From positions 175,248 to 239,247 of the forward strand of contig CAWIEK010000002.1 in the NCBI GenBank assembly GCA_963835065.1: a stretch of 64,000 nucleotides of DNA, read 5' to 3'. The DNA comes from an uncultured Chthonomonadaceae bacterium (GTDB lineage: Bacteria > Armatimonadota > Chthonomonadetes > Chthonomonadales > Chthonomonadaceae). Position 1 is the first letter of the stretch. Each line of letters opens with the position of its first letter. Below are positions 1-9,950 of the stretch, piece after piece. The translations under genes and the position numbers were made by a program. The notes below the pieces were generated by a model. It did no database searches, was not told the DNA's origin, and saw only the letters and a program-made list of their open reading frames with translations.

Positions 1-381
1 GTTCCCGCCGCAACGGAAAACCAGATCACTGCGGAAAACGCCGCCCGTATCCGCGCCCGAATGATCGTGGAAGGCGCGAACGGCCCGACAACCCCCGCCG
101 CCGACCGTATTCTGGAACAAAACGGCGTGACCGTGATTCCCGATATTCTGGCGAACGCGGGCGGAGTGATCGTGTCGTACTTCGAGTGGGTGCAGGACTT
201 GCAGTTCTTCTTTTGGAGCGAGGAGCAGGTCAACAACAAGCTGGAAGACATCATGGTTCATTCGTACCGCGATGTGCTGACAATGGCCCAAACCAAGCAG
301 GTCAACATGCGCCTCGCCGCCTATCTCATCGGCGTAAAGCGCGTCGCCGAAGCCACGCAGTTGCGAGGTATCTACCCGTAA
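1..381 (+). CDS. gdhA: Glu/Leu/Phe/Val (glutamate) dehydrogenase, C-terminal part (5' end outside window)
   Basis: Frame open from base 1 (VPAATENQI...). Motifs [10 protein letters not shown] and [21 protein letters not shown] are typical of GDH. Confidence 0.9.
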   Translation, partial: VPAATENQITAENAARIRARMIVEGANGPTTPAADRILEQNGVTVIPDILANAGGVIVSYFEWVQDLQFFFWSEEQVNNKLEDIMVHSYRDVLTMAQTKQVNMRLAAYLIGVKRVAEATQLRGIYP

Positions 382-531
382 ATAGGGGGTTGGTATTGGG
401 CAGCAGGTGTCAGGCAGCAGGACACGCGGAACAAGGCTCTTGTTTCGCGCGTCCTTTTTGCATCTTGCGGAATGTAAATGCGGCGACCATTAAAATGCGC
501 GGGAAGCCGTGAAGTGAGAGGAGAATCTGGC

Positions 532-795
532 ATGAGTACCAAAACCGATCAGGATGTGAAACAACGCAGCGATACGAACCCGGAGCGGGGCGAACATGAG
601 TACGGCGATGTGGAGTTCGCGGACGCCACTAACAACAAGTATCCCATTGACACGCCCGAACATATCCGCGCCGCCTGGAGCTACATCCATCATAAGGACA
701 ACGCGGCCAAATACGGCGCGGCGGATGTGGACAAGATCAAGCATCGCATCGAGCAGGCTGCTAAAAAGCATGGCATCGAGCTTCACGCCGAATAA
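532..795 (+). CDS. Small hypothetical protein (DUF6582-like)
   Basis: GAGGAG SD before ATG 532; FAD..KYPIDTPEHIRAAWSYI motif. Confidence 0.65.
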   Translation: MSTKTDQDVKQRSDTNPERGEHEYGDVEFADATNNKYPIDTPEHIRAAWSYIHHKDNAAKYGAADVDKIKHRIEQAAKKHGIELHAE

Positions 796-800
796 ACATT

Positions 801-2117
801 TCAGGACGTTTCAGCTGCGCCGTCGCGGTTGCGCATCAGGACGACGGGCAGGAAGGGAACGACGAACAGCACCAGCACGGTGGTTCCAGCGTTCAGCCAC
901 ACGAGGTTGAGAAACGTGAAACGGAAGCGGCCATACAGCCATGAGCCGGTCCAGTCGGAAAGCGCGTTGGTGAAGTTCCAAACACTCATCATTACGGCGT
1001 AGCCCAGGGCTTCGCTGCCACGCGGCGTAGCGCGGGCGGCAAGGTCGTAAATGGGCAGCATCGCCAGCGTTCCCGTGAAGCCGCTCAGGGCCGTAATGAG
1101 GTAGGCAGATGTGGAGTCATGGTAACCCAGGTAGAAAAGGGTTCCAATCGCGTGAATGATGATGCTGCCGCCAAGCAGGGCGCGCAGGGGCAAATGCCGG
1201 CACGCCGCATAATAAAAAACGGCTCCCAACAGGCCGAAACCGGCGGCAACGCACCCTAAATTGCCGACAAACGTTTTGGAAAAGTGCAGCGCGTTGGTCT
1301 GGTGAAACAGCAGGGGCGTTCCGAAACCGGGCGATGCGGCTACCAGGCAAATCATGCCTGCTGCGCTGAGAAGGGTTTTATTCTGGTACAACAGGCATAA
1401 TTGCTGCCAGGCATTGCGCCAGACCTGTTTGTTGATGCGCCGCTGTTCCGGGGGCAGGGGCGTTTCCTTTAGATGGAATATGTACATCGGAACCAGAACC
1501 AGATGCAGCAGGGACGCCAAACTTGTTGTCAGCACAAACGGATGGGAAGCCAATCGCCCGCCAATCAAATCCCCAAATAGACTGCCGACCCGAAACATGG
1601 CGATGCGCTGCGCGGTCATGCGCCCCGCCGCCCGAAAACGCGCTCCCACTTCCACCATTACGCCGCCAAGCGAAGTGCTGGTAAAAACAACGGTGATGTA
1701 CAGCAGCGTGTAAGTCAGGAGCAGACTGGCATAGGTACGCGGCACAACGTTCATCATCAACCAGGCCAGCCCCGTTCCCAGTAAACTCAGCAGCAGGTAA
1801 AACCGCCGCCGCGTTCCGAACAGGGGTACGCTGTCGCACAGCAGCCCCGCCACCGGCTTGATATAATTGGAAAACTGGCCGATAGCAAAAAAACCCGACA
1901 CTGCCTGCGATGTCAGGTGCAAATCGTCTTTCAGCAGGAACCGGAGCGGCAAGTTGGCAATGCCTAATCCAAGGTTCGTGCCGAGCCAGCCCAGGCTGAT
2001 GATGAAAGCCAGGTTCGTCAGCGTTCTCGGCGCAAGAGAGGAAGGCGGTTCGGCCAGGCCAGAATCAGCGGGCATCGGGATTGACGTATCCGCAGCAGTG
2101 ACAGGTGTGTTTTCCAT
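801..2117 (-). CDS. MFS transporter (BT1/folate-biopterin-like)
   Basis: 438 aa with many hydrophobic segments; IKPVAGLLCDSVPLFGTRRRFY motif. Confidence 0.8.
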   Translation of the reverse strand: MENTPVTAADTSIPMPADSGLAEPPSSLAPRTLTNLAFIISLGWLGTNLGLGIANLPLRFLLKDDLHLTSQAVSGFFAIGQFSNYIKPVAGLLCDSVPLFGTRRRFYLLLSLLGTGLAWLMMNVVPRTYASLLLTYTLLYITVVFTSTSLGGVMVEVGARFRAAGRMTAQRIAMFRVGSLFGDLIGGRLASHPFVLTTSLASLLHLVLVPMYIFHLKETPLPPEQRRINKQVWRNAWQQLCLLYQNKTLLSAAGMICLVAASPGFGTPLLFHQTNALHFSKTFVGNLGCVAAGFGLLGAVFYYAACRHLPLRALLGGSIIIHAIGTLFYLGYHDSTSAYLITALSGFTGTLAMLPIYDLAARATPRGSEALGYAVMMSVWNFTNALSDWTGSWLYGRFRFTFLNLVWLNAGTTVLVLFVVPFLPVVLMRNRDGAAETS

Positions 2118-2156
2118 GCCAGCCTATACGCCATCCTTCGCCCGCTTTCCTGCTTG

Positions 2157-3251
2157 TCAGCCCATCTTCTTTTTCATCAGCATTGCCGCGCCTGCCAGCG
2201 CCAGCGCGCCGACAAGAGGGATTGGAACGGGCGCGGCCTTGTTTCCGTTCCCGCCATGAGCGCCGCTGTTATTGCCGTCGCTGTCATTGTTGCTATTGCC
2301 ATTGCTGCCATTGCCGTCATGCGTGGAAGCCATCTGCTGCGCCTTTTCCTTCATTTTCTGCCGCTCGGCGCCTTCCGCGAAGTCCAGCCCTCCAACCGGC
2401 CCATAAAGATTGTCTGCCGCTGTCGGCAGCTTGGCGCGGGCCGACTTCTGGCCTTCAAACCCGATTTTTTCCAGCATAGCGTCAAGCATCAGGGGCGCAA
2501 TACGTTGCGTGAGCAGCATCATTTTGCCCGCATTGCCGACAACCATCTCCCGTACCGGATGCGCCGCCGCGTACAAAATGGCATCCGCGACCATCGAAGG
2601 CGGATAAATCGGCGGAATACCCATAGGTTCGACGCCCAATTTCGTGCCGGCTTTGGCGAACAGGGGCGTATCTATGGAAGCGGGCATGATTTCCGTCAGG
2701 CTGATGGGCGCATGATCGTGGTTTAGTTCAATGCGCAGGGCTTGCACCAGGCCATGCAGCGCGTGTTTGGAAGCGGCATACGCGCTGTTGTACGGCAGGG
2801 AGATTTGCGATTCTATGGACGAAATCACGATCAGGGCGCTTCCCGAACCCTGCCGCATGTACGGCAATGCGGCTTTGATACCATGCACATAGCCTATGAC
2901 ATTAACGGTCAATAGGCGCTCGAATTCTTCGGGCGTGGTCTGCTCGAATGGCGCGTACACGCTGACCGCCGCCGCGTGTACCCACGTATCCAGCCTCCCG
3001 AAACGCCGAACCGTTTCGCGGGCAACCGCCTGCACCTGCCCAAAGTTGACGGCGTCCGCCGCCATGCCCACGCACGTGCCGCCCACTCCGGCGATTTCCT
3101 CCACCAGTGTGCGCAGGCCATATTCGTCATTGGAGGCGACAACCACCGTCGCGCCCTTACGCGCAAAGCGCAGCGCCGTTTCGCGCCCAATCCCACTCGA
3201 CGCGCCAAACACAACAACCACTTGCTGCGCTATCGGTTTTAACTTCATCAC
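2157..3251 (-). CDS. SDR family oxidoreductase
   Basis: GASSGIG NAD(P)-binding motif, YAASK catalytic motif, hydrophobic C-terminal tail. Confidence 0.9.
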   Translation of the reverse strand: MMKLKPIAQQVVVVFGASSGIGRETALRFARKGATVVVASNDEYGLRTLVEEIAGVGGTCVGMAADAVNFGQVQAVARETVRRFGRLDTWVHAAAVSVYAPFEQTTPEEFERLLTVNVIGYVHGIKAALPYMRQGSGSALIVISSIESQISLPYNSAYAASKHALHGLVQALRIELNHDHAPISLTEIMPASIDTPLFAKAGTKLGVEPMGIPPIYPPSMVADAILYAAAHPVREMVVGNAGKMMLLTQRIAPLMLDAMLEKIGFEGQKSARAKLPTAADNLYGPVGGLDFAEGAERQKMKEKAQQMASTHDGNGSNGNSNNDSDGNNSGAHGGNGNKAAPVPIPLVGALALAGAAMLMKKKMG

Positions 3252-3308
3252 GTGTTACTCCTCACTCTCGCTTGTTGCTCTCACTCTCCACTCTCCACTC
3301 TCACCTGG

Positions 3309-3563
3309 TTAATCGTGATCTTCGCTGCCCTGCCGTGACACTTTCGGACGGTTGCCATGCGACTCATTGTTGACGTTGGACACAGTGGCTTCCGGCGAGG
3401 GGGTTCGGCTGCGCCGTTCACTGACGGGGTTTTCCGCTTCCGGCTGCTGCAATCCGGGATTGTCGGTTACGTTGACGCGAGGATCGTTCTGATTGCTGCC
3501 CTTGTGCGTATCGTGAGCGGCGTTGGCGTTCTGCGTCTCGGCTTGCGCGTTGTTGTCTGCCAT
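3309..3563 (-). CDS. Small hydrophilic hypothetical protein
   Basis: 84 aa ORF with an AAGGAAG SD-like sequence; same strand as the SDR gene. Confidence 0.55.
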   Translation of the reverse strand: MADNNAQAETQNANAAHDTHKGSNQNDPRVNVTDNPGLQQPEAENPVSERRSRTPSPEATVSNVNNESHGNRPKVSRQGSEDHD

Positions 3564-3873
3564 GTTCGTTCTTCCTTTTGTTCGGTATTCGGTGTTCGGT
3601 GTTCGGACAATCCGGCATGTTCATGCTCTAAAGTGAGCGTAGTTCATGCGGACTGTTCCGCTTTAAAGGCGCGTTTCATAAGGAAAAGCGCTTACCGATA
3701 GATCGAAAACGGCATGAATTCGGGCGCAAACCAGCGGGATGAATTTATCTATTTAATTCGGCAGGGGTGCAGGCAAGCGGGGAAGCGGAAAGGAAGAAAA
3801 GGAGAAGAGAAGAAGATATTAAATAATAGGCATCAACCTGACACCTGACACCTGATACCTGACACCTCACCCG

Positions 3874-4740
3874 TCAGTCCTTCAAGCCGGTCATTGCCAT
3901 GCCTTTGACGATGTGGCGCTGGAACAGCAGAAACACAATAACGACAGGAATAGTGCAAAGTACGCTTGCCGCCAGGGTGAGCGCGTACTCCGCATAGTAG
4001 GAGGTTTGGAACAGGGCGATGCCGACGGGCAGGGTGAATTTGTCTACCGAGTTGAGGAAAACCAGTGGCCCGATGAAATCGTTCCATGAGCCGATGAAGC
4101 AGAAAATACCTAATGTGGCAAGCGCGGGCTTGGAAAGCGGGAGGATGACGCGCCAGTAGATGCCGAAGCGGGTGCATCCGTCCAGCGTGGCGGCTTCTTC
4201 CAGTTCTTTGGGGATGGACAGGAAAAACTGGTGCAGCAAAAACACGCCGAACGCGCCCGCCCCGGCAGGCACAATCAGCGCGAGTGGAGTATCCAGCCAG
4301 CCTAATTGATTGAGGATCAGATACACGGGCACGAGCAAAATCTGACCGGGAACCATCAGGGTTGCCACAATAAACGGGAACAGCCATTTCTTGCCCGGCA
4401 ATTCCAAACGCGCCAGCCCATACGCGGCCAGCGAATCAACCGTCAGGACAAGCAGCGTTACGGACGTGGAAATAAACACGCTGTTGGCGAACCAGCGCGC
4501 AACGGGAATTTCTTCGGGGTTGAACAGAATATCGCGGAAATTCTGCGTGGTCGGATGTTGGGGCAGCAGGCCGCGAAAGTGAATGATTTCCGCATCCGGC
4601 TTGAATGCGGTAATCGCCATCAGCACAACCGGCAGCACGAACAGCAGGCCCCCACACGCCACCAGCAGTTCCACCGCGATTTTGCGCGTCCGGTTCCGCC
4701 GCGCGTCCAGCAAAACCCCATTGTCGCGGAAATTGCTCAT
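3874..4740 (-). CDS. Carbohydrate ABC transporter permease (MalG-like)
   Basis: EAA loop IPKELEEAATLDG; WNDF..PL motif; TM segments. Confidence 0.92.
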   Translation of the reverse strand: MSNFRDNGVLLDARRNRTRKIAVELLVACGGLLFVLPVVLMAITAFKPDAEIIHFRGLLPQHPTTQNFRDILFNPEEIPVARWFANSVFISTSVTLLVLTVDSLAAYGLARLELPGKKWLFPFIVATLMVPGQILLVPVYLILNQLGWLDTPLALIVPAGAGAFGVFLLHQFFLSIPKELEEAATLDGCTRFGIYWRVILPLSKPALATLGIFCFIGSWNDFIGPLVFLNSVDKFTLPVGIALFQTSYYAEYALTLAASVLCTIPVVIVFLLFQRHIVKGMAMTGLKD

Positions 4741-4748
4741 AATAGATA

Positions 4749-5369
4749 TTAACTCTCAACCATCACGCCTACGGCGGCGGGGAGGCGTGGGCGCAGGACG
4801 CGCAGTTGCAGGTCACGGCGGTAGACGTGGCGGAACATATCGCCGCGCTGTTCCAGAGCGCGCGCTTCATCGGGCAGGTCGGCTTCCGCGCCCGCGTAGA
4901 GAATCACCACATCGTCGCTGATGTCGCAAAACAATTCCTGTACGCGGTTCTGGTGGCCCCGGTCCAGAGCGTCGGCAAGACGCAACAGGGGGGCAAGCAG
5001 TCCCACGCGCTGCTTGTCGGCTTCGGTCAGGATGCCGAACGCGGTATGTTCAACGGCTGGCAGAGCCTTGCGATGGTAACGCGCCAGATTAGCAATCACG
5101 GCCTTTTCTTCCCGCGAGAACTCCGGCAGGGGTTCCATCATAATCATTTGCAGGGCGTGGCGGTGATGCCCCTTGCTGCTGACATAGTAGCCGATGTCGT
5201 GCAAAATAGCGGCGTATTCCAGCAGTTTACGGTCGTCGCGCTCCAGTTGGTGCAGCGACTGAAGTTCCATAAACAGCGTTCCCGCCAGGCATTCCACCTG
5301 ATGCGCGTGTCCCGCGTCGTAATCGTACCGACGCGCCAGTTCGAGAATAGCGTTGAGTTTTGGGTTCAT
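4749..5369 (-). CDS. HD-domain protein resembling the C-terminal domain of Ppx/GppA
   Basis: HAHQV...LLEYAAILHDIG...HHRH...ARYHRK...LRLADALD. Confidence 0.85.
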   Translation of the reverse strand: MNPKLNAILELARRYDYDAGHAHQVECLAGTLFMELQSLHQLERDDRKLLEYAAILHDIGYYVSSKGHHRHALQMIMMEPLPEFSREEKAVIANLARYHRKALPAVEHTAFGILTEADKQRVGLLAPLLRLADALDRGHQNRVQELFCDISDDVVILYAGAEADLPDEARALEQRGDMFRHVYRRDLQLRVLRPRLPAAVGVMVES

Positions 5370-5483
5370 GGTTGGGTAGGTAGACGGTAGACAGTAGACG
5401 GTAGACGGTAAATGGAAGATTGTGCTGTGATTTGCGAAGCGAATGAGCGCAAGGCAATGCAGAGCGTACCTTCCGTCTACCGT

Positions 5484-6617
5484 CTACCGTCTACTGTCTA
5501 CCTCCTGAAAACGATCATACACCAGCCCCCAGCGGAGGCCGCGCGTACTGATGGCGATAGACGGCGCGGAAAGACGCGCCATAGCGTGGGAAAGCAGAAT
5601 CGCTCCCCCTAAAATAATATCGGCGCGGCGCGGGTCAAGGCCGGGAATTTGTTCGCGCTGCGCAACGGTGCTGGATGCCAGCAGTTCGATATGCCGGCCC
5701 AGTTGGTCGGCAGTCAGCAAATGGCCGTGCAGGGGTTCGGGGCCGTATTTGCCGCCCTGATCCATGGAGCCTAAATTGGTGACGGTTCCCCCCACGCCAA
5801 CAAGGGCATACTCTTCCGAGGCCGCAAACGAAACGGCAGGCGACGGATTGGAAGACGCGCCGGTGTGAACCAACGCGCCGGTATTGGAAACATCGCCGCC
5901 ATGAGCAGACCCAATGGACTCCTCATCTATGCGCTCGAAAGCTTTGAGGACAGCGGCGTTGGCGTCCTGCAATTGCTGCACGGTGGGCGGGTCGGAGCGT
6001 AAAAACTGCTCGGTCAGTTTCACGGCTCCATAGTTGACGCTGATGCGGGCGGCAATGTCGCTGCTGTGGAGGGTTCCCTGTATGATTTCCGTGCTGCCGC
6101 CGCCAATATCTATCACGCGCAGGAGCGGACGACTGCGCCAATGCGGGTCGCGCCGTACGGCAAGGTAGGACAGGCGGGCCTCTTCCTGACCAGGTATCAC
6201 GTCAATGTTCAATCCCAATCGTTCCTGCGCGCGGGCAAGAAACTCGTCCCGATTTTCCGCGTCCCGCAGAGCGGCGGTTCCCACAGCGGCAAACGCCTGC
6301 GCCTGATGTTCCCGGCCCGCAGCCACCAGTTCCGCCAGCGCGTCCAGCGTTCGGCGCATGGCGGCTTCGCGCAGTCGGTTGCCCTGCGCCTGCATCCCTT
6401 CGCCCAGTCGCGTGATAATCGTCTGCTCAAAAATTCGTTCCGCCCGCCCGTCCGCCAAATCCGCCACAATCATCTTCACCGAATTCGTGCCGACATCAAT
6501 ACCGGCATATAGTTGGGTGTTGGGTGTTGGGTGTTGGGTGTTGGGTAAGGATGAATCCTCTCCTTCTGTTCCCTGTTTCCTGTTCCCTGTTCCCTCACTT
6601 ATTCCTTCCTCACTCAT
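5484..6617 (-). CDS. ppx: Ppx/GppA exopolyphosphatase, catalytic ASKHA domains
   Basis: IDVGTNSVK, TAALRDAEN, GQEEARL, DIGGGSTE, RADIILGG, GLRWG. The N-terminus contains translated heptamer repeats. Confidence 0.88.
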   Translation of the reverse strand: MSEEGISEGTGNRKQGTEGEDSSLPNTQHPTPNTQLYAGIDVGTNSVKMIVADLADGRAERIFEQTIITRLGEGMQAQGNRLREAAMRRTLDALAELVAAGREHQAQAFAAVGTAALRDAENRDEFLARAQERLGLNIDVIPGQEEARLSYLAVRRDPHWRSRPLLRVIDIGGGSTEIIQGTLHSSDIAARISVNYGAVKLTEQFLRSDPPTVQQLQDANAAVLKAFERIDEESIGSAHGGDVSNTGALVHTGASSNPSPAVSFAASEEYALVGVGGTVTNLGSMDQGGKYGPEPLHGHLLTADQLGRHIELLASSTVAQREQIPGLDPRRADIILGGAILLSHAMARLSAPSIAISTRGLRWGLVYDRFQEVDSRR

Positions 6618-6981
6618 GCGCGTCCTCCGTGCTGCGAACGGGTTCTGCTTGCCCGCTCAGGGCGTACAAGCGGTCGCTGGCTTCGGCCACGTCTTCGGCC
6701 AGGCGGGCTTGCGTTTTGCGATCCAGTTCTGTTTGAGGCAGGGCTTCTCCCAGGGCTTCGCGCAAGCGGCGCAGGCGGCGGAGGGCGCGTTCCTGATCTT
6801 TTTCTCCCCCCTGCGCCAATGCCTGTTGCCAGGCGGGAACCCCGGCGGCAAACCGTACCAGTTCGCGTAGCAGGCGGGCGCGAAAATCCGGCGCGAACCG
6901 ACTGGTCAGCAGCAGAACAATCTCTTCCCGCGTAACTTGCAGTTCCAGCCGCCACAACGGCAGGGCTTCCGGCACATTCAA
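6610..6981 (-). CDS. Hypothetical helical protein
   Basis: 123 aa ORF inside the operon; overlaps the ppx start. Confidence 0.5.
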   Translation of the reverse strand: MNVPEALPLWRLELQVTREEIVLLLTSRFAPDFRARLLRELVRFAAGVPAWQQALAQGGEKDQERALRRLRRLREALGEALPQTELDRKTQARLAEDVAEASDRLYALSGQAEPVRSTEDAHE

Positions 6982-7087
6982 TTCACCTGCGGGCTGTTTC
7001 GCCTGAACTGTTGACAGGAAAGAGGAGTGCGCCTGCTCTGCAAAGATTTTCGTCGTGTTTCCATTTGACGCTTCTGCTGCAACGGTT

Positions 7088-7516
7088 TCAGTAAGGACCG
7101 GCTCCGGCAGAATCGGGCGCGTTTGCCAGGAACGTCTGGATATGCCGCGCCTTGATTTCGCTCATCCCCGGCACGGCCAGCAATTGTTCCAAACTCGCGC
7201 TTCGCAACAGCGCCAGGCTAGTCAGCCCCGCCTTTTCCAGCGCCCGAATCCGTATCGGTCCCAGGCCGGGAATGTCGCGGGGAACGCGCGGCCCCGTTTC
7301 GAGCGACGGCGCGTTCAGGCTTAACGGCGCTGCCGGGCTTAACGGGCTTGACGGCGCGGGCAGGGGCGTTTGCGTCCTGTCTTTGCTTGCCTTGTCGCCC
7401 TTGCTGCCCCGGCTTGCCTGCTTTTTCCGGGGCGGCAACGCGGCGGCGGGCGGCGGCGATGTGTCCCGGTTCGCCGGGCGCGCGCGGGGTTTGCGGGGTT
7501 TGTCTGTCGGCGGCAT
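7088..7516 (-). CDS. Helix-hairpin-helix domain protein
   Basis: GAGGAG SD before ATG 7516; two HhH motifs (IPGLGPIRIRAL, VPGMSEIKARHI). Confidence 0.7.
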   Translation of the reverse strand: MPPTDKPRKPRARPANRDTSPPPAAALPPRKKQASRGSKGDKASKDRTQTPLPAPSSPLSPAAPLSLNAPSLETGPRVPRDIPGLGPIRIRALEKAGLTSLALLRSASLEQLLAVPGMSEIKARHIQTFLANAPDSAGAGPY

Positions 7517-8408
7517 CCGGCTCCTCATAGGTTGAAGGTTGAGGGTTGAGGGTTGGGGGGGCAGGCAAGGATGAAGGATGAAGGATGAAGGATGAATCCA
7601 TTGCCGATTTTCGATTACCGATTGCCGATTGAATTCCTTCTGTTCCCTGTTCCCTGTTCCCTGTTCCCTGTCCTGCTGTCTTCTCTTCTCCTTTTCTTCC
7701 TTCAATTCCCTGATTGCGCGTAAGCAGGTGGCGCAGGTTTTCAAAGACTTGATTGGCGCGTATCTGCTGCCATTCCTGCGTTAATTGGGCGTAGCGGGCG
7801 TCGCGTTCGGCGCGGAGTTGGGCGCACAGCGTGAGCAATCCATCGCAAGCGGCGTAATCCACCTGATGTACGCCCACGATAGGAAGCGCTTTGGCCGATT
7901 TGCCGGACTTGTCGGACTTATGGACATGAGCCGTCTTATCGGCGTTGGCAGGCTTGCCGGATTTAGCGGAATGGGCATTATACGCGGCGCTTTTTGTTTT
8001 GCTTTGCTCACTTTTGACTTCGTTCATGCCCGCTTGTTCGGCGGCGGTTGGCAGGCCATACCCATTTTTGACAAGGCGGCCCAAATGTTGCAATATCTCT
8101 GGAACCAACACGTCGGCGTCATGCAGGACGCCAAGATGCTCCTGCAAATCCTTGACCACTTGCAAAGCCGCGCCGAACTCCGCTCCGGCATCGGTGTACC
8201 GCGTGTAAACCGGCTGAAATACTTCCATTGTATAACGCAGGCGCTTGCCCGCGATTCGCATCTCATGAAGTTTGTACACATTGTCGGGATTGGACAGGCA
8301 GGATTCGTAAGACAGCAATTCGTCCACGCGCTGTGTAATCAACTCGGCGGCATTGATGAGAATAGGACGACGCGGATTGACTTTTGGAGGTGACTTTGCT
8401 TTTGCCAT
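7218..8408 (-). CDS. CHAD domain protein, C-terminal-half type; true 3' end uncertain (runs through heptamer repeats)
   Basis: LHEMRIAGKRLRYTME and LQEHLGVLHDADV. Confidence 0.8.
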   Translation of the reverse strand: MAKAKSPPKVNPRRPILINAAELITQRVDELLSYESCLSNPDNVYKLHEMRIAGKRLRYTMEVFQPVYTRYTDAGAEFGAALQVVKDLQEHLGVLHDADVLVPEILQHLGRLVKNGYGLPTAAEQAGMNEVKSEQSKTKSAAYNAHSAKSGKPANADKTAHVHKSDKSGKSAKALPIVGVHQVDYAACDGLLTLCAQLRAERDARYAQLTQEWQQIRANQVFENLRHLLTRNQGIEGRKGEEKTAGQGTGNREQGTEGIQSAIGNRKSAMDSSFILHPSSLPAPPTLNPQPSTYEEPDAADRQTPQTPRAPGEPGHIAAARRRVAAPEKAGKPGQQGRQGKQRQDANAPARAVKPVKPGSAVKPERAVARNGAARSPRHSRPGTDTDSGAGKGGAD

Positions 8409-9007
8409 TACGTTGCCTTCCTCTTTGTCCCGGACGCGCTTACATCGTGTTCCACAGGCTGTTCCATTGTGGAAGCGGACGGGGTGGGGATTTGCGCCGG
8501 CAGTTCTATGGTTGCCGCCTTGAACCCCTGTTTGTCGGCCAGATGGCGCAGGTGTGCCTTGAGATCGCGTTTTTCCAGATGCTTTACCGAAGTCGTTACT
8601 GCCTGCTGCCGGTCGGCGCGCTGCGCGTGAAGGTAATCCATAAAACTTTCCACGCCGCCGCGCTGCTCTGCGGGCAGGCTTTCCATGCGACTTTGCAGCG
8701 TTTCCAGCATTACGTCCAGGTCGCGCGCCGCGCCTAATGCGCGCGTCACAATTTTGACTTCCTGAACAATGTGGGCGTAGGCACTGGCAGCCTCGCCGTC
8801 TTCAAAGCATACGCTGAACACATCCAGCGCGGCGCGCGAACGCCGGGACCAGACGCGCATCTGATGAATGGGGCGCGTTTCCCTGCCGCCTGCCGCGCCT
8901 TCCGTATGCGCCAGCATTTTGTCCAGGCGCTCGGCCAGGACTCCCACGCCATAATCGCAAAAGTCCGGCGGACCGACACCCTTCCGCTTGGTAGATTTAC
9001 GCGCCAT
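8408..9007 (-). CDS. CHAD domain protein, N-terminal-half type
   Basis: IHQMRVWSRRSRAAL and LGAARDLDV; TAATG overlap with the next gene. Confidence 0.8.
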   Translation of the reverse strand: MARKSTKRKGVGPPDFCDYGVGVLAERLDKMLAHTEGAAGGRETRPIHQMRVWSRRSRAALDVFSVCFEDGEAASAYAHIVQEVKIVTRALGAARDLDVMLETLQSRMESLPAEQRGGVESFMDYLHAQRADRQQAVTTSVKHLEKRDLKAHLRHLADKQGFKAATIELPAQIPTPSASTMEQPVEHDVSASGTKRKAT

Positions 9008-9155
9008 AGTAATTGCTCACCGATTCCCTTCCACAGAAGCAAACCGCTCTAAAACTGAACGCCGACGAGAAAGCGCGGCATGACCGCAGCCAATGCTGTT
9101 CTTCATCCCTATTCGCGTTTATTCATGTTCATTCGCGGCTATTCTAAACAAACGC

Positions 9156-9812
9156 TTACTCGGCAAAGATGTCGCGCAGATCGTGTTCCCGATCCGCGCC
9201 TACCAGGGCAATCACGCTGTCGCCAATCTCAAAACGGGTGTCCGCAGCCGGCAGAATGGCGTGGTCGTTGCGAATCACGCTGATAATCAGGGCTTCGGCG
9301 GGCAGTTTTAGCGCGCGTATTTCCTGCTCCACAACGGGCGACCTGGGGCCGATTTCCACTTCCACGATCTCGATGTTGCCCCGGTTCAAAGCGGCCAGGG
9401 GAATCACTTCGCCGCCGCCCACTTCCTGCTCAATGAGATTGTAAATGATTTTGGTGGAACTGACTGTCGCGTCTATGCCCAATTTGTGAAACAGCGCTTC
9501 GTTGCGCGGGTCGTTGACGCGGGAAATGGTGCGCGGAACATTGTGTTCCATTTTCGCCATCTGGCAAACAACCAGATTGTCGTCGTCGCTGCCCGTTGCC
9601 GCCACAACCGCATCCGCGCGCCCGAAGCCCGCCTGATTCTGCTGCGCCACTTCGCACCCGTCGCCCTGCATCACCACTTCGCCCAATTCTTCCGAAATGG
9701 TGCGGTAGCGCGTCCGGTCTTTTTCCATTAACAAAACTTCATGCCGGGCGGATACCAGCGTCTTCGCCAGATAATAGCCGATGTTGCCCCCGCCTACGAT
9801 GATGATGTACAT
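9156..9812 (-). CDS. trkA: TrkA family potassium uptake NAD-binding protein (RCK N + C)
   Basis: IIVGGGNIG, ATGSDDDN, C-terminal TrkA-C domain. Confidence 0.9.
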   Translation of the reverse strand: MYIIIVGGGNIGYYLAKTLVSARHEVLLMEKDRTRYRTISEELGEVVMQGDGCEVAQQNQAGFGRADAVVAATGSDDDNLVVCQMAKMEHNVPRTISRVNDPRNEALFHKLGIDATVSSTKIIYNLIEQEVGGGEVIPLAALNRGNIEIVEVEIGPRSPVVEQEIRALKLPAEALIISVIRNDHAILPAADTRFEIGDSVIALVGADREHDLRDIFAE

Positions 9813-9950
9813 GATGCAATCCTTTGGGTAGACGGTAGACGGTAGACGGTAGAATCCCGTCCTTGCAGTTGGTTCCTGTGGCGCAAGTTTTTAGTAAATG
9901 GGTATTGCTACCGTCTACCGTCTACCGTCTACCGTCTACCGTCTACCTCC

